A stretch of 64,000 bases of DNA from a virus. Each line of letters starts with the position of its first letter. Positions within the stretch are counted from its first letter, which is position 1. The stretch lies in IMG/VR virus record IMGVR_UViG_3300027901_000001, one strand, 5' to 3'. A model generated the notes under the pieces. That model made no database searches and was not told the origin of the DNA. It saw only the letters and a list, made by a program, of their open reading frames with translations. Both the position numbers and the translations under genes were made by a program. Shown here in pieces: positions 45,938 to 55,749 of the stretch.

Positions 45938-47797
45938 TCACGCCATAGGACGCATTGTACCGCGAACATCCTTCAAAAGTCCCTGAATATGTCTGATACG
46001 TCTGGAGAGGTCGGGGTCGCCCTTCAGCGCCTCTATTAACCTCGCGTCAGCATGACGAGTCAGCCGCGCCTTCCGATCGAAGCTGCGCTCGATGTGATCC
46101 TGGTGCCTTTGCAGCATCCGACCAATACGCTTTTCGAGCATCAGCATGTCCTTCGAGGTCACGAACTTCGACGCCATCTCCGGGCCACCGCCACCGCCGG
46201 GCTCAGCCTCAGCGCCTGCTTCGCCGCCGCCCCCAGCCTCACCTTCTGCCCCGGCTTCCGCACCTGCCGCACCCATTTCCGGCGGAGTCTGAGCCATAGT
46301 CAGCAACCGCTGAGATTCGGCTTCGATCTTGGCCTTCCGGATGGCGTCCTTATCCTTGTCCTTCATCAAATCTTCGGCCTCTTCCTCTGAATACTTGAAC
46401 AGCGTGGTCAGGACCCATTTGGTGGACAAGAATTCGCCGGTCCGGGCCGCCAGGTCCGCCGTCGCGCTCATCACCTCTATCTTGGCCAGCTCCAGAATGG
46501 CGCTCGGCACGCTCATCTTCACGTCATACTCATGCCGATTCACATCCGCCCCTTTCGCTATCAGATGGATGCGGCAAACCTTTCTCGTGCCGGTGCGCGT
46601 CTCGCGCTGAAGCCTCATCACTGTCCTGGCGAACCTGATATCCTCAGAGCTGAGGGCGCTCCGGCTCGATTCACCGCCGAATCCCATGTAGTTCTTCGGC
46701 ACCTTGAGCGCGCTGACCAGGGCATCGCGGTGATACTCTACGGTATCCGTCTCGGAGTAGTCCGGCCCCTGGAGCACCTCGATCCTGGTGGAATCCTTGC
46801 CGCCCTTGCTGGGGATCCAAAAGTCCTCGTCATGGGCCAGCGGGTTATGGCGCATGTCCATCTTGCCCGTGGCCGGATTGATGAACTTCTTTTTCACAAA
46901 CTGATTCTTAACCCGGTTGACATAGGCCAAACCGCGCTCGTTGTCGTACTCACCGATGTCCACGTAGAAAGCGTACCTGGCCGGGGCTCGGCTGAGCTTG
47001 TAAATAAGCAGCGCATCTTCCAGCAACACTAGGCGTTTCCAGACCCAGCGCGCCGGATCAGCGACACCGTGACCATACGCAGAGTTCAGGTGCTTGCCAC
47101 GCAACCTCCAGTGCACAACCTCCCAGTCCTCGAATACCGTCAGCACACCAGGGGGGCGTTTTTGTTCAGCCTCGGTGCCACGCTGAGCCGCCAGCTTATA
47201 GAAATCCTCGATAGAAAGATTGAACTCGCCCCGGATATCCTGAATAAATCCCAACAGACGACCCTGTGGGTCTTCCACACGCCGCATGGTAGGCGGCGGC
47301 AGAAAATTGAGACCGATCACCCCCTCCTCGGAAACGAGTATCTCCCCGAATCCGTTGCCGTATTTCCCTATGGTGCGTTCCAACCCCCAGATGTGCTCCT
47401 CAATAAGGACCCGCTTGTGGAGCATGTCGTTCAAATCGTTCTCAGTCGTTTTGTTATCCGATACGACCCAAATCGACTGACCGCGTTCCATGTCCGGCAT
47501 CGCCGAATCGTCGGCATAGATATCGTAAGCCGTGCTGATGGCCCCGTATTCATCCATCTCCTCGTAATCGCTGTACCGGGCCTGGAGGCTTTGATCGATC
47601 CGGAGATGTTGAGCCAGGCTGTCGTATCCAAACTGGTTGGCCAAGCTGAAGGGCAGCCCAGCACGCTCGGCTGTTGGCGTACCACCACGTTGCAGCTCTG
47701 CGGCCTCGACCTCGGGAGCGCGGGCGAAGAAATGGCGGATGGCGTTCACAACGTCCGGGGAAAAACCCTCGGTGAGTCGGCTGAATGGGCTGGCCAC
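45938..47797 (-). CDS. Portal protein (T4 gp20 family)
   Basis: YEEMDEY..ISTAYDIYADD, LVLLEDALLIYKLSRAPARYAFYVDIG, EDFWIP..GG..STRIEVLQG, ALKVPKNYM, EDIRFARTV. Confidence 0.95.
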   Translation of the reverse strand: MASPFSRLTEGFSPDVVNAIRHFFARAPEVEAAELQRGGTPTAERAGLPFSLANQFGYDSLAQHLRIDQSLQARYSDYEEMDEYGAISTAYDIYADDSAMPDMERGQSIWVVSDNKTTENDLNDMLHKRVLIEEHIWGLERTIGKYGNGFGEILVSEEGVIGLNFLPPPTMRRVEDPQGRLLGFIQDIRGEFNLSIEDFYKLAAQRGTEAEQKRPPGVLTVFEDWEVVHWRLRGKHLNSAYGHGVADPARWVWKRLVLLEDALLIYKLSRAPARYAFYVDIGEYDNERGLAYVNRVKNQFVKKKFINPATGKMDMRHNPLAHDEDFWIPSKGGKDSTRIEVLQGPDYSETDTVEYHRDALVSALKVPKNYMGFGGESSRSALSSEDIRFARTVMRLQRETRTGTRKVCRIHLIAKGADVNRHEYDVKMSVPSAILELAKIEVMSATADLAARTGEFLSTKWVLTTLFKYSEEEAEDLMKDKDKDAIRKAKIEAESQRLLTMAQTPPEMGAAGAEAGAEGEAGGGGEAGAEAEPGGGGGPEMASKFVTSKDMLMLEKRIGRMLQRHQDHIERSFDRKARLTRHADARLIEALKGDPDLSRRIRHIQGLLKDVRGTMRPMA

Positions 47798-47799
47798 GC

Positions 47800-49905
47800 T
47801 TATCCTTTAATAAATGGCATCGGCTTCTTGCTGGGATCGTCCGGTCGTGTGCCCACAATACCCCCTTCAGAAGGGGTTTTGCTACTTTCCTGCCGAATCA
47901 GCGTCTGGCCGTCCGTTACCCAGGAGTGATCCTCTACCTCTATTGTGTCCCTATCTGTCGGGCCTGCCTGAATCGGTACCGGCATACTCGGTGCTCGTTT
48001 GGTAAGATTGTACACCACCGCCGCCAATGAATCGGCCACATCTTTCGTGCCAGGTTTGCCATCGGGACCAATCTTCGGGTGATCAATCTTAAAGCCCTTG
48101 CCGCGCAGCTTCGGCACGCGCTGGAGCTGCGTGATCTCCCGCTGGCACCAGGTGTGCAGGTGCATCCGCAGCCGTGACTCGTACATGGTGGTTTTTAATA
48201 CATCGTATGGCTCCGTGGTCTTGTCCACCGACAGCACCTCTGCCTCAATACCGCGCTTACGAAGCTGCTGAATGGCATCTGCCGACTGGTAAGAGTCCAT
48301 CGTCACATACCGAATATTGAAGCCGTGCTCGGTAAACTGGTAAACGATGGCACGCACATCACTGAGCAGGATCTCGTCCCCCGGCGGCGGCACGACCCTC
48401 AGCACCAGGTCGGTCTCGATAAGGGGAGCCAGCTCGCTGTACTCTTCCATCGCTTTGTCGCGCCGTACCACTTCCGTCCAGCCGGAAATGTGGGCGATGG
48501 TCAGGCCGGTACAATCGCCACTCAACGATGGGTCGATGTGCGCGTACCGGATGGCGTCAGGATGCCGGATCGGTCGCCAAGCCACCTCGGTATAACCACC
48601 AGGCAACCGCCGCGAAAAGCTCTTAGCAATCTTTCCCCAGTGGATATCCAAAGGCGTGCTAGCCAGCCAGTTCTCCTGAATCTCTCCGGGGTCCGGACCG
48701 CCCATCGGACACACCAAAGTATCATCTGCGGCCTCGTACACCATCTCGGTACGGTGCATATACGGACTGACCGCCATCGTGGCATAGCCCGCGATATCCC
48801 GAATTGCGCCGTCCAGGTCACGCTCGAAATCCCCCTTGTACTCCATCGGAACCTCAATAATTTGAAGTTCCAGCTTGCGAAATTTCTCCTCCTCCTCCGG
48901 ATCGCCGCTCAGGATACGCGAATGGTGCTTCTCGTTGCCGACCACAACCTTGAAGGTCTCGGCCGTAAAGCTGCCCTTAGCCTTCACGTCCCAAGTGGCA
49001 TACTCCCGGACGAAAAAGTGCGGGTCCGCTTGCTCCCGCGCCTGCTCGATCCGCTTCTCAACGAAAGCCGTCGGCCGCTCCTTTGAGGAGGCCAGCATCA
49101 TCAGGCCAGGCAGTCGACCGACCTTCAGGAACCGCGACTTCATGCGCCGCAGAATCGACTTGTAGATAGCCTCGCCCTTGTCGGTGATGACCTCCCGGCC
49201 CATTCGGTCAATTTCCTTGACCGTACCCATGAAGCTCGTCTCATCGATGAACCCAGCAAAGGCGTTCATGCCGATGATGGCCGATGAACCGGTCGAGCCC
49301 GCGACCACCATGATCTGCTTCGGGAACCGAATCTCCAGTAGGCTTGGAGCCGCTTTGGAGGGAAACTTCTCCTTAAAATACCGGGAATGGGTAATCTTTC
49401 CCAGCAGCTCGTTGACGGGCACACGCCGGGCCACGCGCTCGGTAACTGACAGCATGGCCAGGTAAATATGGGAGCCCGGAGCGATGCCATACGCGCTCTG
49501 CGGGTCCCGCAAACAGGACATCTGGTACAGAACATAGCTCATCGCCGTGGTGGCAAAGAACGTCTTTCCCCAGCCCAGACTGCCACCCAGGGCCGCCTCG
49601 TGGTAGTCGCCCTCGAACAGCTCCACCAGGTCGTCCTTGAGCTGATCCCAAAGCGAACCGCCAGTTTCCCCCAAAAAGAACGGATCCGTCAGGTAGGTCC
49701 GGATGTCGGCCGGGGCCGTCTCATACTCAATGTTGGCTATCTGCTCATAGTCGTCCTGCTCGCCCGCTTGGAGCTGTTTGTACATCTCCATCAGGGCCTT
49801 GCGTTCCGATTCGGGTAATTGGCCAATATCGCCCGCCAGAACCTGAACTTCCTCCTCGGGAGTCCGAACAGACCGTGGCCGCCCCTCCTTGTCGAGTATC
49901 GGCAC
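47800..49905 (-). CDS. terL: Terminase large subunit
   Basis: Walker A GGSLGWGKT, Walker B GFIDETSFM, nuclease HIDPSLSGD, YVTMDSYQS, KDVADSLA. Confidence 0.9.
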   Translation of the reverse strand: MPILDKEGRPRSVRTPEEEVQVLAGDIGQLPESERKALMEMYKQLQAGEQDDYEQIANIEYETAPADIRTYLTDPFFLGETGGSLWDQLKDDLVELFEGDYHEAALGGSLGWGKTFFATTAMSYVLYQMSCLRDPQSAYGIAPGSHIYLAMLSVTERVARRVPVNELLGKITHSRYFKEKFPSKAAPSLLEIRFPKQIMVVAGSTGSSAIIGMNAFAGFIDETSFMGTVKEIDRMGREVITDKGEAIYKSILRRMKSRFLKVGRLPGLMMLASSKERPTAFVEKRIEQAREQADPHFFVREYATWDVKAKGSFTAETFKVVVGNEKHHSRILSGDPEEEEKFRKLELQIIEVPMEYKGDFERDLDGAIRDIAGYATMAVSPYMHRTEMVYEAADDTLVCPMGGPDPGEIQENWLASTPLDIHWGKIAKSFSRRLPGGYTEVAWRPIRHPDAIRYAHIDPSLSGDCTGLTIAHISGWTEVVRRDKAMEEYSELAPLIETDLVLRVVPPPGDEILLSDVRAIVYQFTEHGFNIRYVTMDSYQSADAIQQLRKRGIEAEVLSVDKTTEPYDVLKTTMYESRLRMHLHTWCQREITQLQRVPKLRGKGFKIDHPKIGPDGKPGTKDVADSLAAVVYNLTKRAPSMPVPIQAGPTDRDTIEVEDHSWVTDGQTLIRQESSKTPSEGGIVGTRPDDPSKKPMPFIKG

Positions 49906-49913
49906 GCCAACTC

Positions 49914-50639
49914 CTATTCTTCAGAAGCAGGCCGTGGAAGGGGCAACGTCTCCGAGGGCAACGGGAATCTCGCCTTACCGAATCTGGTCATCCTCTCCAA
50001 CAGAGACATGATCCGGTGCCGGGACTCTGGATTGCTCAACACCTCCATCGTCTCCTGACTGTAATTCTTGATGCTCAGGCTCATCTCGATGCCTTCCGGC
50101 TTCCCCTGGTTCAGCTTTGCCTGAGCTTGGATACGCTTCCAGAGCGTCTCATCCATGCTATCGAGCGCTCGCGTGGTAATATCGCTGAAGGCTCCGCTCA
50201 GGGCCTCCAGCTCCAGCATCCGGTCACACCGATCTCGCTTCACCAGGTAGGACGCCTCCAGCTCCAACATATCCTTAACACCGCCTTCGGCGCGTTTGTA
50301 AAGGGACCTGGCTACTCTGCCAGGAGTCGCTGGCAATCGCCGGTATTTAATCATCGCCCGCAGGTCATCATCTTCGCCCCAGTCAGTGGACTGGGGCGCT
50401 CCCCACCAACCGTCTGTCTCTTGCTTCTGACGCCGCCGGACTGTCAGGGCATTGGCCAAGCTCTCAGGATTGATGTCCGTCAGCTCGCCTTTATCGTGCT
50501 GGATAAATTGCGCCACGATCGAAGAAGGAACGTTCTCGATGAGCATCTCATCGATCTCGCCCAGGAACGGTAACGCCTCAACGAGCTTCCCGACCTTTTG
50601 CTTGGCGCGTGGCCGTGCTGGTCGCTTGGCTGTGGCCAT
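49914..50639 (-). CDS. Candidate terminase small subunit
   Basis: Helical ORF immediately upstream of terL; no diagnostic motif, call is positional. Confidence 0.45.
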   Translation of the reverse strand: MATAKRPARPRAKQKVGKLVEALPFLGEIDEMLIENVPSSIVAQFIQHDKGELTDINPESLANALTVRRRQKQETDGWWGAPQSTDWGEDDDLRAMIKYRRLPATPGRVARSLYKRAEGGVKDMLELEASYLVKRDRCDRMLELEALSGAFSDITTRALDSMDETLWKRIQAQAKLNQGKPEGIEMSLSIKNYSQETMEVLSNPESRHRIMSLLERMTRFGKARFPLPSETLPLPRPASEE

Positions 50640-50696
50640 ACCCTCTCATTCTTGACGAATCAGGCTCGTATGGCAAGGACCGTTGGATCAAGGCGA

Positions 50697-50710
50697 TGCA
50701 GTCGACTGCC
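50697..50710. repeat. Dispersed 14-bp palindrome, copy 4 (13/14, intergenic)
   Basis: tGCAGTCGACTGCC; shares TGAGGCAGTCGACTGC (minus strand) with copy 3; abuts a stop codon upstream of the candidate terS. Confidence 0.85.
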
Positions 50711-50953
50711 TCATGTGGCCGCCAGCGCTTCCAACTTGCCCGCTATTGCCATCAGCTCGGCCCGGAGCTGGTTCTCAGGAATGGCGTCCAGGTCGGCGAT
50801 CGACACAGCAACCGGAATCCCCCCTGGGTAAACCGGGCTCTCACCGCCCCCTGGATGCGCCTTCATTGGACACTCGATGTCCTTAATCCAGCTCTGAAGC
50901 TGCTCAACGGTCAGCCTTAATTCCGCCAGGACGTGTTCTCTGCTCACCTGCAT
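50711..50953 (-). CDS. Small hypothetical protein
   Basis: 80-aa ORF with a TGATG overlap. Confidence 0.55.
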   Translation of the reverse strand: MQVSREHVLAELRLTVEQLQSWIKDIECPMKAHPGGGESPVYPGGIPVAVSIADLDAIPENQLRAELMAIAGKLEALAAT

Positions 50954-51921
50954 CAGCCGCCCTCCTCCAGAATACGGTCGATGGTCTGCTCCCCAAAAAT
51001 GGGCTTCATTGTCCCCCGATCAAAAACCACCAGGTTCACGGCCAGAAGCCGCTCAACTGACCGCAACAGCTCATTGCGGAAGTTCACCTGGTGCTCCTTC
51101 TTGCTACTGCCGACGGTACCGCCGTACACCGCCAAAAAAGTAGTAGCAACCAGGTCCAGCAAGACCCCTTTGCCGACATCTTCAACCTCGACCATCTCAT
51201 TGGCCCGGTCAATGGCTTCCTCGACGTTTTTACGCTGAGGACCGTCCATGTAAATCGTCCAGCGCGTCCGGAACTCCTCCTCATCTTCCTCGCTCAACGG
51301 ACTAACGCCCGTACCCTCCTGCCCGGATTCCCCCGTGTCGGGCTGAGGCAGTGGCAACGATGCCCCATCGTCCAGAGAATCCTCCGCCATAGCAGCCTCT
51401 GTGGTTTTCTGAGGCTTCAATTTTTTTGCCTCGCTCCGTATCGATCGGCGGCTTTTGTTGGCAGCTTCAAGCGCCATCTTGCACGCTTCACCCAGTTGCT
51501 TGACTCCCAACGTTTTTGCCTTCTCAACCCACACATCGACGTTATTGCTATCCACAACGCCCACCAAAATGGCCGCCTTGTTCCACCCCACTTCCCTTAC
51601 CTTCTCAAACACATCCGGGTCCTTGAGTTCTCCCGCAAACCACCACCAGATGGACATCAAGTACTTGGCCTTGCGAAACGCGAAATTCACCTCGTGCTCC
51701 ACATAGTCGCAGAAATTCTGGTACGGCTCGCCGTCCGGACCATTCCACTGGCGATAGAGTTGCTCCTCGTTCACCCGATAGAGCAGCCTCCCTAACTCGA
51801 AATACCCCTCCGTCATTTCATCGCGCAGCCGGAGCACGCGCACCCGGATCTTTTCCGATTCCGCGTGCTTGGAAGGAGTCATCGAGCGAGCCCCCTTCAC
51901 CACCATCGCTGTCTCTGTCAT
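50953..51921 (-). CDS. Putative DNA-binding protein (DUF3102-like N-terminus)
   Basis: FELGRLL..V....LY..W...Y.NF.DYVE.E..F..RKA..LM pattern. Confidence 0.45.
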   Translation of the reverse strand: MTETAMVVKGARSMTPSKHAESEKIRVRVLRLRDEMTEGYFELGRLLYRVNEEQLYRQWNGPDGEPYQNFCDYVEHEVNFAFRKAKYLMSIWWWFAGELKDPDVFEKVREVGWNKAAILVGVVDSNNVDVWVEKAKTLGVKQLGEACKMALEAANKSRRSIRSEAKKLKPQKTTEAAMAEDSLDDGASLPLPQPDTGESGQEGTGVSPLSEEDEEEFRTRWTIYMDGPQRKNVEEAIDRANEMVEVEDVGKGVLLDLVATTFLAVYGGTVGSSKKEHQVNFRNELLRSVERLLAVNLVVFDRGTMKPIFGEQTIDRILEEGG

Positions 51922-52541
51922 TCCGAAACCTCCTTCTCCCGTGCGGCCACCATGTCGAACATATACCTTGCAACAATTGTGGCATCGACTTCCAGATCGT
52001 TATCCACCGAAACCCCCAATCCCGTCTCTACCACGTCCCTCAGCTCCTCCCGGTTGACACGCCCTCCACGATCCATCACGTGCCTCCTGGCAACCCTGGG
52101 CGCAACCACCTCCGTCAGCATCCTATTTTTAGACCAGAGGTAGGCTTTTATCACCCCACAGACCTCTCCAAGCTGGTGCACCTGCCACTTCGCATCGTGC
52201 GCGTATCCCTTAATGCCGACATGCCGAATTTTGAACAATTCCACCGTTTTGAGAACCTCCTTGGCAATCTCGACCATCGCACCGATAGATTCCAGCGGCG
52301 AAACAGCAGGTTCGTTCTTGTTACTCCGGGAAAACTTCTCCCTGACCGTAATGCAACGCTGATGATGACCGTGGGCCGTATAAATGGAGAGCGCCGCGCC
52401 CTCAAGTGATAGGGCGACCCCCATTACTGGCCCAGAGCATCGCCACCTCGACGCAATTGCACTCCCCGTACGGGCTTTTTCCTCCATACGGACAATCCGG
52501 GATCGGCTTGGTTTTATCCGCGAGCGCTTCTCTGAGACCAC
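51918..52541 (-). CDS. RuvC-like protein with degenerate catalytic residues
   Basis: GVALSL, GIKGY, LGEVCGVIK, EVVAP, DLEVDATIVA follow the RuvC layout. Start uncertain; ATG 52424 is plausible. Confidence 0.6.
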   Translation of the reverse strand: MVSEKRSRIKPSRSRIVRMEEKARTGSAIASRWRCSGPVMGVALSLEGAALSIYTAHGHHQRCITVREKFSRSNKNEPAVSPLESIGAMVEIAKEVLKTVELFKIRHVGIKGYAHDAKWQVHQLGEVCGVIKAYLWSKNRMLTEVVAPRVARRHVMDRGGRVNREELRDVVETGLGVSVDNDLEVDATIVARYMFDMVAAREKEVSE

Positions 52542-53316
52542 GAAATTTCTCCTTCTCCTTGTGCATCAATTTTGGGTCGAAACTGACCTTATGCTCCACC
52601 ACTCCTTCCTCCAGGGTCTTGGCCCCAGGGTTCACATACAACAACCGCCCGCGCCGACATTTACTCGGCCCCATGTACCACTGAAGCTGGGTGACATCGG
52701 CTGGCCACGGTGCCGTCCGCACCCGATCCAGGTTACCAGTCGTCTTTATATCGAGAAACTCGGGGTAGTACGCCGGGAGCTTCAGCAGACCGTCCGTACG
52801 GCCCCGAACCTTTAGATGAGGGTCGTGCACCCAGGGCTCCACGTAATGAAACGGCTCCATCGGATGGTTCTTGAACTCGCACTGCGAGCACTCGTCCGGC
52901 ATCTTCACAGAGGTCTGCGGCGTCACCCAGGTCGCCCGGTCCGCTATCCAGAAAGGCGGCTCCGTTTCAAAATCCGTCCCGTGCACGTGCCCGCACGCGG
53001 GGCACCGCCAGCCGCCCAGAAGCCAGCCCAGCGGCCCCAGCCACAGCTCCTGGATAACCGCGTGCATGGCCGTCCCCTTGTCCATACGCCAACGACCCAG
53101 GGCGTCTACCTCATCCACCATCGGCACCCTGAGCCGGTTAACCATCACCATTGCGCGGGGACACAAGACGGGAGCTTTACTTATGCTGAACCAGGTGTCC
53201 GGCCCCGGTGGGGGCACCTCCCGGCTGCTGTACAGGTTCTCCAACAAGAGCGGCAGCAGAAACTCGCTGTCCTGCCGCTGCGCCCTCACGTCATCGAGTA
53301 CATCTGCAATACCCAT
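52402..53316 (-). CDS. Cas4-like / PD-(D/E)xK exonuclease
   Basis: CPR, GTAMHAVIQ, RGRTDGLL, LDIKTT, QLQWYM, C-terminal C..C.C cluster. Confidence 0.8.
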   Translation of the reverse strand: MGIADVLDDVRAQRQDSEFLLPLLLENLYSSREVPPPGPDTWFSISKAPVLCPRAMVMVNRLRVPMVDEVDALGRWRMDKGTAMHAVIQELWLGPLGWLLGGWRCPACGHVHGTDFETEPPFWIADRATWVTPQTSVKMPDECSQCEFKNHPMEPFHYVEPWVHDPHLKVRGRTDGLLKLPAYYPEFLDIKTTGNLDRVRTAPWPADVTQLQWYMGPSKCRRGRLLYVNPGAKTLEEGVVEHKVSFDPKLMHKEKEKFRGLREALADKTKPIPDCPYGGKSPYGECNCVEVAMLWASNGGRPIT

Positions 53317-53690
53317 CAGTCCGCCTTCCTCTTCTTAAGCAGTCCGAGCCGCTCCATCACCTTCCGGGTGTGGTTGTCCTTCTTCTCAGCATACTGCTCG
53401 GCCAGAATTCTGGCACTCGTCAGCCACAGCGCCGTCGTATGCAGAGCCATCAAGAGTTTGTCCGACTTGTCAGCGTCCGCCTTCAACGCCTCTTTCATAG
53501 CCCACTCCTGGAGGGCCGCCAGGGGCCTGCCAACGCCGTGCCCTTTCATCTCGTCCAGCTCACTCACGATAATTTTCGACACGCGCTCCCAGGGCTCACC
53601 CACAAGCTCATAAGCATTCCAATCCGGCTGCTTTCCTTTGGAAATCTTCTGCACAACCTTCTGGAGGCTATCCGATACAACGGCGCTCAC
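53316..53690 (-). CDS. Hypothetical helical protein
   Basis: Start set at the GTGA overlap at 53690. Confidence 0.5.
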   Translation of the reverse strand: MSAVVSDSLQKVVQKISKGKQPDWNAYELVGEPWERVSKIIVSELDEMKGHGVGRPLAALQEWAMKEALKADADKSDKLLMALHTTALWLTSARILAEQYAEKKDNHTRKVMERLGLLKKRKAD

Positions 53691-54130
53691 AAATCCAGCC
53701 CCTTCTCCCCAAGGGCCTCCAGCATCGCCTGGAAGGTCATCAACGGCACCGCAATCCAATCTGTGCTAGCCGGTTCTTCACCACGATGCCGGGCTACCCC
53801 GCCTACTATGTGCTCATCAAACTGGACAGCGAGCGCCGGGTGCCTCCCGGAGGCCAGCGCCTCATTGGTAATCTTTGTCAGGTGCGAAACCTCCAGACGC
53901 AAGCTCAATTTCCCCGTCCGTTTGCACTCGACCAGCAGCGGGAACCCTTCATGCTCGCGTTTCACATCGCCCTTGAGCGAACCAAACGCGCCGGACCCCG
54001 GCTGCCGTCGGCCGCCCAGGGCCTTGGCAACCTTTTTCTCCTGCTTCCGGGGCCGCCGGTGATAGGACTCGCGCCGCTTCTGCTCCCCCTCATCTTGAAG
54101 AAGAGGGGGAACCTTTCCCTTCGAGATCAT
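53687..54130 (-). CDS. Hjc-type Holliday junction resolvase-like PD-(D/E)xK nuclease
   Basis: QEKKVAKALGGRRQPGSGA..KGDV...LVECK. Confidence 0.75.
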   Translation of the reverse strand: MISKGKVPPLLQDEGEQKRRESYHRRPRKQEKKVAKALGGRRQPGSGAFGSLKGDVKREHEGFPLLVECKRTGKLSLRLEVSHLTKITNEALASGRHPALAVQFDEHIVGGVARHRGEEPASTDWIAVPLMTFQAMLEALGEKGLDL

Positions 54131-55398
54131 CGCTCCCCCTCCAGAAGTTCTCTGAGCAGCTCCTTTTTCACGGCATCGAAAAAAGCCGGGTCGTCCTTCA
54201 AGTCAATCTTGAGAGCTTTTTGAGTAGTGTATTCCCGATCCAGTAAGTAGTACCTCTTCACTTTCTTATTCTGCCGGACCAACGGAGAGTGCATAAGGCG
54301 CTTGAAAACGTCATCTTCTTCAATCACACGCCCCATATCCTTGGCCCGCATCGACTGGGTATAGAACCCGTTGACCTTCTTCGTGCCAGCGGTCTTGTTC
54401 TTGGTCACCTCGAAGTAAAAGGTCTCCTCAACCGGAACCCGATCAATCTCTTTCTTGTCCGTACTGCCATACACGTCCTCGACATATTTCACTGCGCCAT
54501 CAGCGAATTTAATTTCGGCACAGACCGCGAATTCCTGACCCTTACCACCGGGCTTCACGGTGGGATCACGAAATCTGGTACCGATCTTCTCGCGCATCTG
54601 GTTAACCCAAATCTGCGTAATGGCCCGCTTCTCCCGCGCCACCATCGATGAGCCGGACACGAGCTTGCGCACAGCTTTGTTCATCAACCGCGCATGGAGA
54701 CCTTGCTGCCATTCCGTTGTCGATTCCACCAGCTCCGCCGTCGGCACAAGCTGAGCTATCGAATCCAGAGCCAGGAAATCGGCCTCGACGGTACACACCA
54801 CAGCGTGCATGAGATCGATGCCTTCTTCCGCCGACTCCGGCCGGATGTAGAGCACACGCCGGGTATCCAGCCCGAGCTTGGCAGCGTACTTTTTATCGAA
54901 TGTCCCCTCTGGATCGATCCAGACACACACCAACTCCTCATAGCTGTTTTTCTCCAGCTTCTTGCGCCATTTGGCCACGCGCTCCTTGTAACTTTTCTCC
55001 TTCTCGTCCTTCTCCTTTTGCGGTTCATCGGGTTTGTAAAGCCCATCCGCGAAGCAAGTACACTCCCCTTTGGCGCTCCACCTGGCCTCCGGATCCTCTG
55101 CCAAATCCTCCTTACTGGGAGGTACCGCCTCGACATTCTGAGCTAGCCGGTAACAGTTGCGACAGTGATCCTGTGCGATGGCGAGCGCTCGGATGGTGGT
55201 GGTGGTCTTACCGCCAGACTTCGCGCCGTACACCGAATGCGCCCAACCTACACGCCAGCCGCCACCAAGAGCACGGTCGAGCGCAAACGATCCAGATGGC
55301 AACCGCCGGTCATCGGAAGGCGTTGTATCGGCCCGGCCCACAACTCCGCCGTACTTCTTCTTCGCGTTCTTGGCGAAGATTACGAGCTTCCCCGGCAC
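54127..55398 (-). CDS. recA: RecA/UvsX-like recombinase with a Cys-rich insertion
   Basis: PSGSFALDRALGGG, GAKSGGKTT, WIDPEGTFD, ALDSIAQL, ARLMNKAVRKL, NQMREKIG, PGGKG. Confidence 0.9.
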   Translation of the reverse strand: MPGKLVIFAKNAKKKYGGVVGRADTTPSDDRRLPSGSFALDRALGGGWRVGWAHSVYGAKSGGKTTTTIRALAIAQDHCRNCYRLAQNVEAVPPSKEDLAEDPEARWSAKGECTCFADGLYKPDEPQKEKDEKEKSYKERVAKWRKKLEKNSYEELVCVWIDPEGTFDKKYAAKLGLDTRRVLYIRPESAEEGIDLMHAVVCTVEADFLALDSIAQLVPTAELVESTTEWQQGLHARLMNKAVRKLVSGSSMVAREKRAITQIWVNQMREKIGTRFRDPTVKPGGKGQEFAVCAEIKFADGAVKYVEDVYGSTDKKEIDRVPVEETFYFEVTKNKTAGTKKVNGFYTQSMRAKDMGRVIEEDDVFKRLMHSPLVRQNKKVKRYYLLDREYTTQKALKIDLKDDPAFFDAVKKELLRELLEGER

Positions 55399-55413
55399 CT
55401 GGACTCTCCCTGG

Positions 55414-55749
55414 CTAGATAGGCCCCGTCTTTCCTTTGTGTCCCCGTGCTTCCGCAACCTCTTTCCGAACGCGGTCCTCGCAGAATTGGGCAGCCCATTT
55501 ATCAGCCTTGGCTATATCCGACAGGTAGCAGGGCACTTCCACACTCACGTCAATCCTGGCCGACTCGTAGTTCCCCTGGTTCAGTGTGAGGCCGTATCCC
55601 CGTCGCACAACAGCGGGCGTGGTCTCGAACTTCTTGACCTCGACCACTTCATCTTCTGCCGTGATACAGGTCTCGGTACCGTCACCGTGGACAAATCGGT
55701 TGTCCACTCTGACAATCACCAGTCGCTCCTGCTCTTTCGCCTTCGCCAT
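55414..55749 (-). CDS. Hypothetical protein
   Basis: TLNQGNYESARIDVSV motif; start set at the TAATG overlap at 55749. Confidence 0.6.
   Translation of the reverse strand: MAKAKEQERLVIVRVDNRFVHGDGTETCITAEDEVVEVKKFETTPAVVRRGYGLTLNQGNYESARIDVSVEVPCYLSDIAKADKWAAQFCEDRVRKEVAEARGHKGKTGPI

Noticed and set aside
49109-49122. Degenerate sixth copy of the 14-bp palindrome (GGCAGTCGACCGAC, 12/14) in terL
   Set aside because: About one two-mismatch hit is expected by chance in 64 kb; not counted, though worth including in a binding test.
52402-53316. CRISPR-Cas system suggested by the Cas4-like gene
   Set aside because: No repeat-spacer array and no cas1/cas2 or effector genes were seen; the five palindromes are kilobases apart.
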